From contig JASFVE010000048.1 of the NCBI GenBank assembly GCA_050049995.1, positions 1-15,103 of the forward strand: 15,103 bases of DNA, written 5' to 3'. Shown here piece by piece: positions 8,206 to 15,103 of the stretch. Positions within the stretch are counted from its first letter, which is position 1. Each line of letters opens with the position of its first letter. The translations under genes were made by a program, and so were the position numbers. Origin of the DNA: Chlamydiota bacterium. GTDB lineage: Bacteria > Chlamydiota > Chlamydiia > Chlamydiales > SM23-39. The notes under the pieces are model-generated. The model was given only the letters and a program-made list of their open reading frames with translations, made no database searches and was not told where the DNA came from.

Positions 8206-8547
8206 ATGAGATGTTTACTGTTATTAGCCTTATTTTCTAGCTGCTTTGCTAATGAACCTCCCATGACGAGGCCTCAACTAGGCTCTTTAATAGATCAGAA
8301 AGATGTTATTGTTATTGATCCCAATCAGAGAGCTCAAGATTTTTTAGAAGCATATGAGGTGATAAAACGAGGCAAGTCTCCTCAAAAAATCCAATTTCAT
8401 CTTTCTGATGGAAGATCTTTAACTAATGTACTAGAAATGAAACCCATGAAAAATGGCACGCTGATTTTATTTAAAATCTCCGGATCCATGGGAAATCAAT
8501 ACGAACTTGTCCCTATTGAAAACCTCGCTAACATTACACAACAATGA
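8206..8547 (+). CDS. Hypothetical exported protein (signal peptide; small helix plus beta-strand domain)
   Basis: 113-aa ORF 9 nt after mnmG; signal-like N-terminus MRCLLLLALFSSCFA; its stop overlaps the lplA start (ATGA at 8544-8547). Confidence 0.8.
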   Translation: MRCLLLLALFSSCFANEPPMTRPQLGSLIDQKDVIVIDPNQRAQDFLEAYEVIKRGKSPQKIQFHLSDGRSLTNVLEMKPMKNGTLILFKISGSMGNQYELVPIENLANITQQ

Positions 8548-9242
8548 AATTAAATTACCTTTATTTAGAAAATACATTTATACATGATCAACTTCTGATA
8601 GAAGAGAAATTACTTCGATCCGATAATCAAAATTGGTGCATTGTTAATAAGGGGTCTAAAAAAGCAATTGTTATGGGTGTTTCTTCTAACCCAAATCAAT
8701 GGCTTGAAATGGATAAAGTAACAAAAGACAAAATCCCTGTTATAAAAAGATTCAGTGGAGGAGGAACTGTTTTTGTAGATGAAAATACTCTTTTCGTAAC
8801 ATTCATCTTTGAAAAAAGCTCTCATGATTTTGAGCCTTTTCCTGAACCAATTCATAAGTGGGCAGAAAATTTTTATAAAAAAGTCTTCCCATTTGAAACC
8901 TTTTCCTTACGAGAGAATGATTACGTTATTGGTGAAAGAAAATGTGGAGGAAATGCCCAATATATAAGAAAAAATAGGTGGCTCCATCACACTACTTTTC
9001 TATGGAAATATAACCCAGTTAATATGGGATATTTATCCCACCCTCCCCGATCACCTAAATACAGGAAAAACAGAAGCCATTCAGATTTTTTATGCACTCT
9101 TTCTGAGCACATTCCAAGTCAAGCTAACATTGTTCAAAATATAGAAAATACGCTCTCAAAGTCTTTTTCGATTAATCGAGAATTTGACTTGTCAGTTATT
9201 GATGAGAACCACAGAAAATCAGTTCAACTCCTAAAGTTTTAG
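8544..9242 (+). CDS. lplA: Lipoate-protein ligase A family protein (catalytic domain only)
   Basis: KRFSGGGTVFVD, ENDYVIGERKCGGNAQ and HHTTFL are motifs of the BPL/LplA/LipB catalytic domain. At 232 aa there is no C-terminal LplA domain. Confidence 0.9.
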   Translation: MKLNYLYLENTFIHDQLLIEEKLLRSDNQNWCIVNKGSKKAIVMGVSSNPNQWLEMDKVTKDKIPVIKRFSGGGTVFVDENTLFVTFIFEKSSHDFEPFPEPIHKWAENFYKKVFPFETFSLRENDYVIGERKCGGNAQYIRKNRWLHHTTFLWKYNPVNMGYLSHPPRSPKYRKNRSHSDFLCTLSEHIPSQANIVQNIENTLSKSFSINREFDLSVIDENHRKSVQLLKF

Positions 9243-9262
9243 AAGTAGATTTTGACAAAAAA

Positions 9263-9444
9263 AATCCCGCCGCAAAGGTCTAAAAGCAAGCTCTTTCAAC
9301 CTGTTTTTGACAGGTGGTGCCATTTCCTAGCAATAGATCTTTCAAAAAAAACTTTTGAAATCACAAAAAGCTAGCGTCATAGCTCCCTAAAAAATAATAC
9401 GCTGAAGGGCCTATAGCTTCTAGGTAATCCTATGCAGCAGGATT
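9263..9444 (-). ncRNA. ssrS: 6S RNA (SsrS)-like structured RNA
   Basis: The minus strand folds into a ~182-nt rod: ATCCTGCTGCATAGG/CCTTTGCGGCGGGAT, CTAGAAGC/GCTTTTAG, CCTTCAGC/GTTGAAAG, a central bubble (GTATTATTTTTTA opposite ACCTGT-CAAAA-ACAGGT), GGGAGCTAT/ATGGCACC, CTAGC/GCTAG and apical TTCAAAA/TTTTGAA. The G-U pairs work only on the minus strand; it ends in a U8 run. GGGAGC and GGCACC-ACCTG..AGGTT resemble 6S motifs. Confidence 0.85.
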
Positions 9445-9488
9445 AATTAACGTTTTAACATTTTCTTAACCTTATTTTAAAGGATTAT

Positions 9489-10268
9489 CTATTTTTCAGC
9501 ATCAGGAAGAGAGAAAAAATCTTTAAGAGCTTGCTTAGAAGCTTCCCTGCCGATAATAGACAATGACTCCGTTAAAGGAATACCTTTAGGACAGACTTTT
9601 ACACAATTCTGGGCGTTACCACAGTCTGCTATTCCACCTTCTTCTAAAACAGGTCTTAACCTTTCAGATTTTGTAAACTTTCCTAAAGGATTAGAATTGA
9701 AAAGCCTTACTTGTGAAATGGGAGCAGGTCCCATAAATTTTGACTTATTATTTGTCTGAGGACAGCTTTCCGAGCAACAACCGCAAGTCATGCATGTAGA
9801 AAGAACGTAAAGAGCTTCCTGTACTTCTGGACTCATTTTTGGAGCATCTCCAATGTCATAGGTTCCATCAGACTCGACCCAAGCTCGAACCTTTTTTAAG
9901 GATTCAAACATCGATGTTCTATCAACATGAAGGTCTCGAATGAGAGGGAATTTTGTAAAAGGTGCTAATGTAATAACAGTACTGTTTGTCTTTTTAATAT
10001 AATCTTCAATTAAAGCTGTGCATGATTGTCTAGGCCTTCCATTAACTAATATTGAGCAAGAACCACATACTTCTTCTAAACAGCCCTGCTCCCAAACAAC
10101 AGGTGTAGTTGGCTGACCTTTTTTATTAACGGGATTTTTTTGGATATCCATAAGAGCTGAGATAACATTTGCATCATGTTTCCTTTCGAGCTCAAATTCC
10201 TCAAAATATTGATTTCCAGGTACTCCCCGGTAAATTTTCAAAGTATAAGTATTTCCTAGTTTGTCCAT
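9489..10268 (-). CDS. sdhB: Succinate dehydrogenase iron-sulfur subunit
   Basis: CLEEVCGSC..C (2Fe-2S), CMTCGCCSESCP (4Fe-4S), CGNAQNCVKVCP (3Fe-4S). Confidence 0.97.
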   Translation of the reverse strand: MDKLGNTYTLKIYRGVPGNQYFEEFELERKHDANVISALMDIQKNPVNKKGQPTTPVVWEQGCLEEVCGSCSILVNGRPRQSCTALIEDYIKKTNSTVITLAPFTKFPLIRDLHVDRTSMFESLKKVRAWVESDGTYDIGDAPKMSPEVQEALYVLSTCMTCGCCSESCPQTNNKSKFMGPAPISQVRLFNSNPLGKFTKSERLRPVLEEGGIADCGNAQNCVKVCPKGIPLTESLSIIGREASKQALKDFFSLPDAEK

Positions 10269-10279
10269 TAATTTTCAAC

Positions 10280-10420
10280 GAGGTGAAGCCCTCTATTTGG
10301 TCATAGGGGTCCCCTCTCTCCTTATTTATTCCATTATTTTTTGACTTAACATATTCCTTTTCCTTCAAGCAACATTTTTTTAAGGCATGAGCAAACTACC
10401 TCTACTCATTACTTAAAAAA
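10280..10420 (-). other. Structured sdhA-sdhB intercistronic region (two hairpins)
   Basis: Minus-strand hairpin 1 (10420-10376): TTTTTTAAG-TA-ATGAGTAGA-GGTAG-TTTGCTCAT-GC-CTTAAAAAA. Hairpin 2 (10316-10280): GAGG/CCTC, GGA/TTC, CCC/GGG, CTAT/ATAG, loop GACCAA. Confidence 0.6.
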
Positions 10421-10437
10421 GATTTTTGTAGGGTATT

Positions 10438-12336
10438 TTACAATGGAAGCGAAATATTTTGGGGAACATTTTTAAGTTCTGGCTTTACCTTCTTTGCTTT
10501 TGTATAATCTCTTAACACAGGATCGAGATGCCTTATGTCAATATCTTCATAAGAAATTACCGGTTCATCTAGGTTAGGATCATAAGTAGCTATGGTTGTT
10601 TTAAGCCAATTTTTATCATCCCTATCAGGAAACTCCGGTTTAAAGTGAGCTCCCCGAAACTCATCACGAAGAAGGGCGCCTTTCGTTATAACCATAGCAA
10701 GCTCAAGCATAGACTCAAATTGATGAGCAAATACATAAGTTTGGTTAAGAAGTTTAGAGTTATCAGACAGGCCAATATTTTGATAGCGTTGCTTAATTTC
10801 TTTGATTTTATCCAGGGTCTTGGCTAAGTCGGTATTATTTCTTTTTACTGTAACGTTCTTGATCATCCATTCGGCCAATTCTTCGTGGAGCTGATGGACA
10901 TTTTCACTTCCTTTTTTTGAAAGAAGTTCTTTTTGCTTGTCTTTTTCTATTTGAAGAGCCTCTTCAAAGATACTTTCAGAAGGAGGTTGCAATTTGTCGG
11001 CAAAATTTTCTAAATATCTTGGGATTTCAACACCTGCAACAAGCCCTCCAAAAATACAAGATAGTAATGAGTTAGCTCCTAATCTATTAGCACCATGATA
11101 CTGATAATCAGACTCCCCTGCATTAAAGCATCCTTCAATGTTCGTCATTTGTCTATATCGATCTAAGCGATCGGGGTCATCAGCTGCAGGCCAGTCCACC
11201 CATCCGCCTCCCATCGTATAATGCACTCCAGGAAAAATCTTCATAGGCATCTTACGAGGATCTATTCCTGTGAACTTTTGATAGATATCTAAAACGGCAT
11301 CCAACTTATGCTGTTTTTCTTTAGGAAGGTGGGAAACATCTAGATAAACTTGCCACTTACCATCCACTCCTAAACCAGCTTCACATACTCTAATAATCTC
11401 CCTTGCTCCAATGTCTCTAGGTACAAGATTGCCAAATGCTGGATACATCTCCTCTAAAAAATACCAAGGCTCCCCTGTCTTACCACAAACTCTTGTAGAA
11501 CCATCAGGGAACTCAATTTTTTTTGATGAATCACCCTTCACCCAGATCCTTCCCCCTTCTCCTCTTGAAGATTCCGAAATAAGCCTCATTTTATCCAGAC
11601 CAGGTATGGCTGTCGGATGGATTTGGATAAACTCTCCATTTGCATACTTCATTCCTTGCATATACAACCTGGCATTAGCAGCGCCAGTACAAAAGGTTGA
11701 ATTAGTTGACCATTTAAATAATACGCCAAGACCACCTGTTGCTATAACTACTGCATCCGCTTTTAAAACTTGAAGCTCTAGGTTATATAAATCATGAATG
11801 ACTACTCCCCTCGTTCTATTATTTTCATCTTTAACCAGGCGTAAAAACTCATGATTTTCAAATTTTTCTACCATCCCTTTTGCTTCCATACGTCTTACCT
11901 GCTCATCTAATGAGTACATAAGCTGCTGACCTGTAGAAGCACCACAAAACGCTGTCCGGTGATATAAAGTTCCACCAAATCGTCTGAAATCAATATTTCC
12001 TTCACCTGTTCGATTAAAAGGACAGCCGAACCTATCAAGCATCCTCAAAATGGCAGGCCCTGCTAAACACATTTCCAATATCGGCGGCTGATTAGCTAGA
12101 AAATCTCCCCCTTTAATAGTATCGTAAGCATGAATGATTGGAGAGTCATCTTCACCCTTCAAATTAACAGCTACATTAATCCCGCCTTGAGCACATACTG
12201 AGTGTGACCTTCGAACTTTTGTGACAGAAATTAATTTTACTTTGCATCCTTTTTCACATAACTTGATGACAGCAGAAAGACCTGCTAGCCCTCCACCTAC
12301 TACTATTACTTCACGTGAATTTTTATCTGTTCCCAT
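10438..12336 (-). CDS. sdhA: Succinate dehydrogenase flavoprotein subunit
   Basis: VVGGGLAG, RSHSVCAQGG (covalent FAD His), FIQIHPT, ESSRGEGG, VHYTMGG, HGANRLGANSL, EFRGAH. Confidence 0.98.
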   Translation of the reverse strand: MGTDKNSREVIVVGGGLAGLSAVIKLCEKGCKVKLISVTKVRRSHSVCAQGGINVAVNLKGEDDSPIIHAYDTIKGGDFLANQPPILEMCLAGPAILRMLDRFGCPFNRTGEGNIDFRRFGGTLYHRTAFCGASTGQQLMYSLDEQVRRMEAKGMVEKFENHEFLRLVKDENNRTRGVVIHDLYNLELQVLKADAVVIATGGLGVLFKWSTNSTFCTGAANARLYMQGMKYANGEFIQIHPTAIPGLDKMRLISESSRGEGGRIWVKGDSSKKIEFPDGSTRVCGKTGEPWYFLEEMYPAFGNLVPRDIGAREIIRVCEAGLGVDGKWQVYLDVSHLPKEKQHKLDAVLDIYQKFTGIDPRKMPMKIFPGVHYTMGGGWVDWPAADDPDRLDRYRQMTNIEGCFNAGESDYQYHGANRLGANSLLSCIFGGLVAGVEIPRYLENFADKLQPPSESIFEEALQIEKDKQKELLSKKGSENVHQLHEELAEWMIKNVTVKRNNTDLAKTLDKIKEIKQRYQNIGLSDNSKLLNQTYVFAHQFESMLELAMVITKGALLRDEFRGAHFKPEFPDRDDKNWLKTTIATYDPNLDEPVISYEDIDIRHLDPVLRDYTKAKKVKPELKNVPQNISLPL

Positions 12337-13316
12337 TATGACCTCAAATTAATCCAATAAGAGCCCCAAATTGAGGCAAGCCCTAAAAAGGCAATGATGA
12401 TCATGAAGCCATAGGCAACTTTGACCATTGATTTCTGGGAACGATACGATAAAATAATTCCCCAGGTTATCATAGCAGTCCACACCCCATTGAAGGCATG
12501 AAAAGCAGCAGACAGAACAAACAAGGTATAAGCTATTGCCCAAAAAGGGTTTTTAAATACATTCCTGACCATTAACAAAAAGGCTGTTCCAACACTTGAG
12601 GAAGACGCAACTACTTGGGTATCTTTTAAGCAGTAACTGTTTAAGGCTGTAATAAACTCTTGCTGATCTGCTAAGGATTGTTGCTGTAGAATTTTTTCTT
12701 CCTTTAAAGGACTATAAGGAACAGAATCTGGACTTGTCCATTTATTCCTTACAATATCTTCATTCTTGAGGTTTTGCATATCAGCAATTTGCGCTTGATT
12801 ATACAACTTTATATTTAGTCTATAGGCTAATGTATATAATCCTTCATCAAAATTTAGCTTTACTAAATATTGAGGTACGTTATTAAGTTCAGCTTCTTTT
12901 GGTTTTTCTAAAAAACGCATGTGGACTACATGAACAAATATACCTAATAGTAAAATCCAAGAAGTTATCCTTTGCCAAGAATACGCAATGTTTCTTTCAT
13001 ATTTCAAAGAAGGCTTTTTCCCTTTCGAATCCTTAGCATTGCTTTTGCTAGTAAGCGCATATTTTATTCCTAAAAGTGCATGAAAAAAAATGGGAATCCC
13101 TATAATTGCAACTTCAACAACTTGCAAAAAAGGAATCGAATGAATGAGATTTACCAATTTAATAAAACCTATGCCACTATCTCCAAGCCAAAGAGCTGCT
13201 TGAGAGTTCACAATTAAGTGCTCCATTAAATATACAACTATCAATAGACCTAAAAGAGAGTGCAGACGACGGTATACAAATGCTTTTGGAATTGTCGGTT
13301 TAGCTTGACTGCTCAT
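12336..13316 (-). CDS. sdhC: Succinate dehydrogenase cytochrome b558 subunit (Bacillus-type single anchor)
   Basis: RRLHSLLG, FHALLG, WQRITSW..HVVH and FHAFNG carry candidate heme-ligand His residues; five TM segments; stop overlaps the sdhA start by 1 nt (TAATG). Confidence 0.93.
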   Translation of the reverse strand: MSSQAKPTIPKAFVYRRLHSLLGLLIVVYLMEHLIVNSQAALWLGDSGIGFIKLVNLIHSIPFLQVVEVAIIGIPIFFHALLGIKYALTSKSNAKDSKGKKPSLKYERNIAYSWQRITSWILLLGIFVHVVHMRFLEKPKEAELNNVPQYLVKLNFDEGLYTLAYRLNIKLYNQAQIADMQNLKNEDIVRNKWTSPDSVPYSPLKEEKILQQQSLADQQEFITALNSYCLKDTQVVASSSSVGTAFLLMVRNVFKNPFWAIAYTLFVLSAAFHAFNGVWTAMITWGIILSYRSQKSMVKVAYGFMIIIAFLGLASIWGSYWINLRS

Positions 13317-13388
13317 AGAAACCCTTTAAATTTAAAATTATTTTTTAACTTCATTTGCTCATTTTAGCAAGCGTCTTTTCATTTTAAG

Positions 13389-14162
13389 CTAATAAGCAGC
13401 TAAAGGAAAAAAGCATCGCTTGGCATTTTCAAATGTTACCTTAGCAAGCTCATCTAATGATACCTGCTTAATATCTGCAATCATTTGAGCTGTTTCTATA
13501 ATGAAGGCAGGTTCATTAGGTTTACCCCTTTTTGAATTAGGTGCCAAGTAAGGAGTATCTGTCTCTATTAAGAGTTGATCTAGAGGAACTATTTTAGCAA
13601 CTTCTCTTAAAGCATCACTTTTTTTAAAAGTTACAATTCCACTTAATGAAAGATACCAGCCTCTTTTAATCACTTCTTCAGCTTCTTTTTTAGTTCCCGT
13701 AAAACAATGTAAAACAGCAGACCCTTTGTATTCTTTATCAACAATGGAAAAAAGATCATCAAATGCTTCTCTACAATGAAAGATGACAGGAAGGTCTACT
13801 TCTTGAGCTAAGTGGAGATATCTTATTAAAAATTTCTGTTGGTTCTTCTTATCTGAATGCTCATAAAAATAATCAAGTCCTGTTTCCCCAATAGCAACTA
13901 ATTGTCCACTTTTAGCAGCCTTCTCAAAAAATGGAAAATCCCTGTCACCCAACTTGTCAACATCATGCGGCGTTGTAGCCCCTGCATTTAGCACCCAAGG
14001 ATACTTGCTATTGATTTCTAATCCATGAATTAAACTTTTTTCATCAATGCAGATATTTATAATATGATTAACCTTATTTTCTTGAGCCCTTGAAAGTATC
14101 TGTTCAATTTGATTATACACTCCTTCTACTGAAAGGTGGGCATGTGAGTCGAATAATTCCAT
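13389..14162 (-). CDS. tatD: TatD-family hydrolase/DNase
   Basis: FDSHAH, AIGETGLDY, IFHCRE, VLHCF, LIETDTPYL, NEPA. Confidence 0.96.
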   Translation of the reverse strand: MELFDSHAHLSVEGVYNQIEQILSRAQENKVNHIINICIDEKSLIHGLEINSKYPWVLNAGATTPHDVDKLGDRDFPFFEKAAKSGQLVAIGETGLDYFYEHSDKKNQQKFLIRYLHLAQEVDLPVIFHCREAFDDLFSIVDKEYKGSAVLHCFTGTKKEAEEVIKRGWYLSLSGIVTFKKSDALREVAKIVPLDQLLIETDTPYLAPNSKRGKPNEPAFIIETAQMIADIKQVSLDELAKVTFENAKRCFFPLAAY

Positions 14163-14200
14163 AAAAAATTAAAAAGCACAGTATAATTAATAAAGTTTAC

Positions 14201-14231
14201 TTGACATCTTCTTAAGAGATTCTCTTATAAT
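14201..14231 (+). promoter_or_regulatory. Consensus -35/-10 promoter with 19-bp spacer and overlapping inverted repeats, upstream of tolQ/exbB
   Basis: TTGACA (14201-14206), 19 bp spacer, TATAAT (14226-14231). Perfect inverted repeat TAAGAGA-T-TCTCTTA (14213-14227) and palindrome TCTTAAGA (14210-14217). Confidence 0.65.
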
Positions 14232-14259
14232 CCTTAAAAAACTAAAATAGACATGCAAT

Positions 14260-14979
14260 ATGCATATAATAGCTTTTTCTCCCCTTATAAATTCATTTAA
14301 ACAATCTGATTTTTTTGGAAAGCTGATTTTTTTTTCTCTTTTTTTTCTTTCAATTCTATCTTGGATAATTATTTTGTACAAATTCTGGCTTACAAAAAAA
14401 GCTAGATCTTCATCAGTTTCATTTGAAAGTATTCTTTACAATCAGAAAAACAACTTATTGAATTTGAACTTCAATCATATGGACTCAAATCCATTTTTAG
14501 AAATTTTTGACTCACTTAAAATACATGCGATTGAAATTTTGGATAAAAATCGATTTTTTCTACAAAAGCAAGAAAATAATTCTGCTCAAAATTTTTTAAC
14601 TGATACCGATTTGCAATTAGTAGAGGCTCATTTAATTTCAAAAATTTCTAAAGAAATTCAATCCTTTGAAAAGAACTTATTTATTTTATCCACTATTGTG
14701 ACACTTGCTCCTTTTTTAGGATTGCTTGGTACAGTTTGGGGAATTTTAATTACATTCTCTAACCTATCTTCCAATATTTTGAGTAATAGCAACATGCTAT
14801 CTGGATTATCCATGGCGTTAGGTACTACTGTATTAGGACTACTTGTTGCAATACCTGCATTAATAGGACATAACTTTTTAAAAAACTTACTTAGAGACTA
14901 CCAAAAGCAGATGGAAAGTTTTGCTCAAAAGTTATTAGCAACTTTAGAAATTCAATATCGAAAAGTTGAACTTTTATGA
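14260..14979 (+). CDS. MotA/TolQ/ExbB proton channel family protein
   Basis: N-terminal TM (LIFFSLFFLSILSWIII), LSTIVTLAPFLGLLGTVWGI, GLSMALGTTVLGLLVAIPA. TolQ and ExbB cannot be distinguished from this window. Confidence 0.95.
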   Translation: MHIIAFSPLINSFKQSDFFGKLIFFSLFFLSILSWIIILYKFWLTKKARSSSVSFESILYNQKNNLLNLNFNHMDSNPFLEIFDSLKIHAIEILDKNRFFLQKQENNSAQNFLTDTDLQLVEAHLISKISKEIQSFEKNLFILSTIVTLAPFLGLLGTVWGILITFSNLSSNILSNSNMLSGLSMALGTTVLGLLVAIPALIGHNFLKNLLRDYQKQMESFAQKLLATLEIQYRKVELL

Positions 14980-15103
14980 AGCTAAGAAAAAAAAGCTACT
15001 TTGATGACTTGCCTCATGATGAAAATTTCATCAATTTAACTCCTTTAATTGATGTTGTCTTTGTTGTATTAATTTCTTTTATTATTATTGCCCCTCTAGT
15101 TCA
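14976..15103 (+). CDS. ExbD/TolR family protein (partial, runs off the right edge)
   Basis: ATGA overlap with the upstream stop; MKLRKKSYFDDLPHDENFINLTPLIDVVFVVLISFIIIAPLV contains the INLTPLIDV signature with the essential Asp. Confidence 0.93.
   Translation, partial: MKLRKKSYFDDLPHDENFINLTPLIDVVFVVLISFIIIAPLV

Noticed and set aside
9243..9488. lplA-sdhB gap as a simple bidirectional terminator or MITE
   Set aside because: The pairing spans ~180 nt with a central bubble and strand-specific G-U pairs and no target-site duplication; a 6S-like RNA explains it better.
10275..10277. In-frame TGA just upstream of sdhB as a selenocysteine or readthrough codon
   Set aside because: SdhB appears complete from ATG 10268, and the nearby hairpin is 5' of the TGA rather than 3' as a bacterial SECIS would be.
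13024..13032. TTCGAATCC matching the tRNA T-loop (possible att duplicate)
   Set aside because: Only 9 bp, inside intact sdhC, and it would enclose core genes; a chance match.
538..14381. Remaining short ORFs in the track (538..774, 1039..1239, 1172..1372, 3961..4152, 4387..4578, 5298..5525, 6469..6666, 8610..8855, 10645..10827, 11411..11773, 12349..12543, 14187..14381)
   Set aside because: All overlap well-supported genes in another frame or strand and show no recognisable motifs.

Overview
AT-rich bacterial chromosomal window that looks like an environmental Chlamydiae (Chlamydiota) genome. This is inferred from the gene blocks dnaB-mnmG-lplA and sdhBAC-tatD-tolQ/exbB-tolR/exbD and from a chlamydia-like DnaB linker. 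Left to right: 3' end of a hypothetical gene, tRNA-Ser(GCT), three accessory-looking genes (Nudix hydrolase, outer-membrane beta-barrel with a very acidic N-terminus, secreted 7-bladed YVTN beta-propeller), dnaB interrupted by a 430-aa LAGLIDADG intein, a 29-aa basic ORF missed by the ORF track (bS22/AURKAIP1-COX24-like), mnmG, a secreted hypothetical protein with a possible Sm-like fold, lplA, a ~182-nt minus-strand structured RNA with 6S RNA architecture, a Bacillus-type sdhCAB operon with a structured sdhA-sdhB spacer, tatD, and the start of a tolQ/tolR (exbB/exbD) operon behind a TTGACA-19bp-TATAAT promoter. Most of the window is housekeeping and I see no multi-gene novel system. The most notable items are the intein, the 6S-like RNA, the hidden small ORF, the structured sdhB leader and the MerR-like promoter geometry. 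All calls are by eye; no searches were run.
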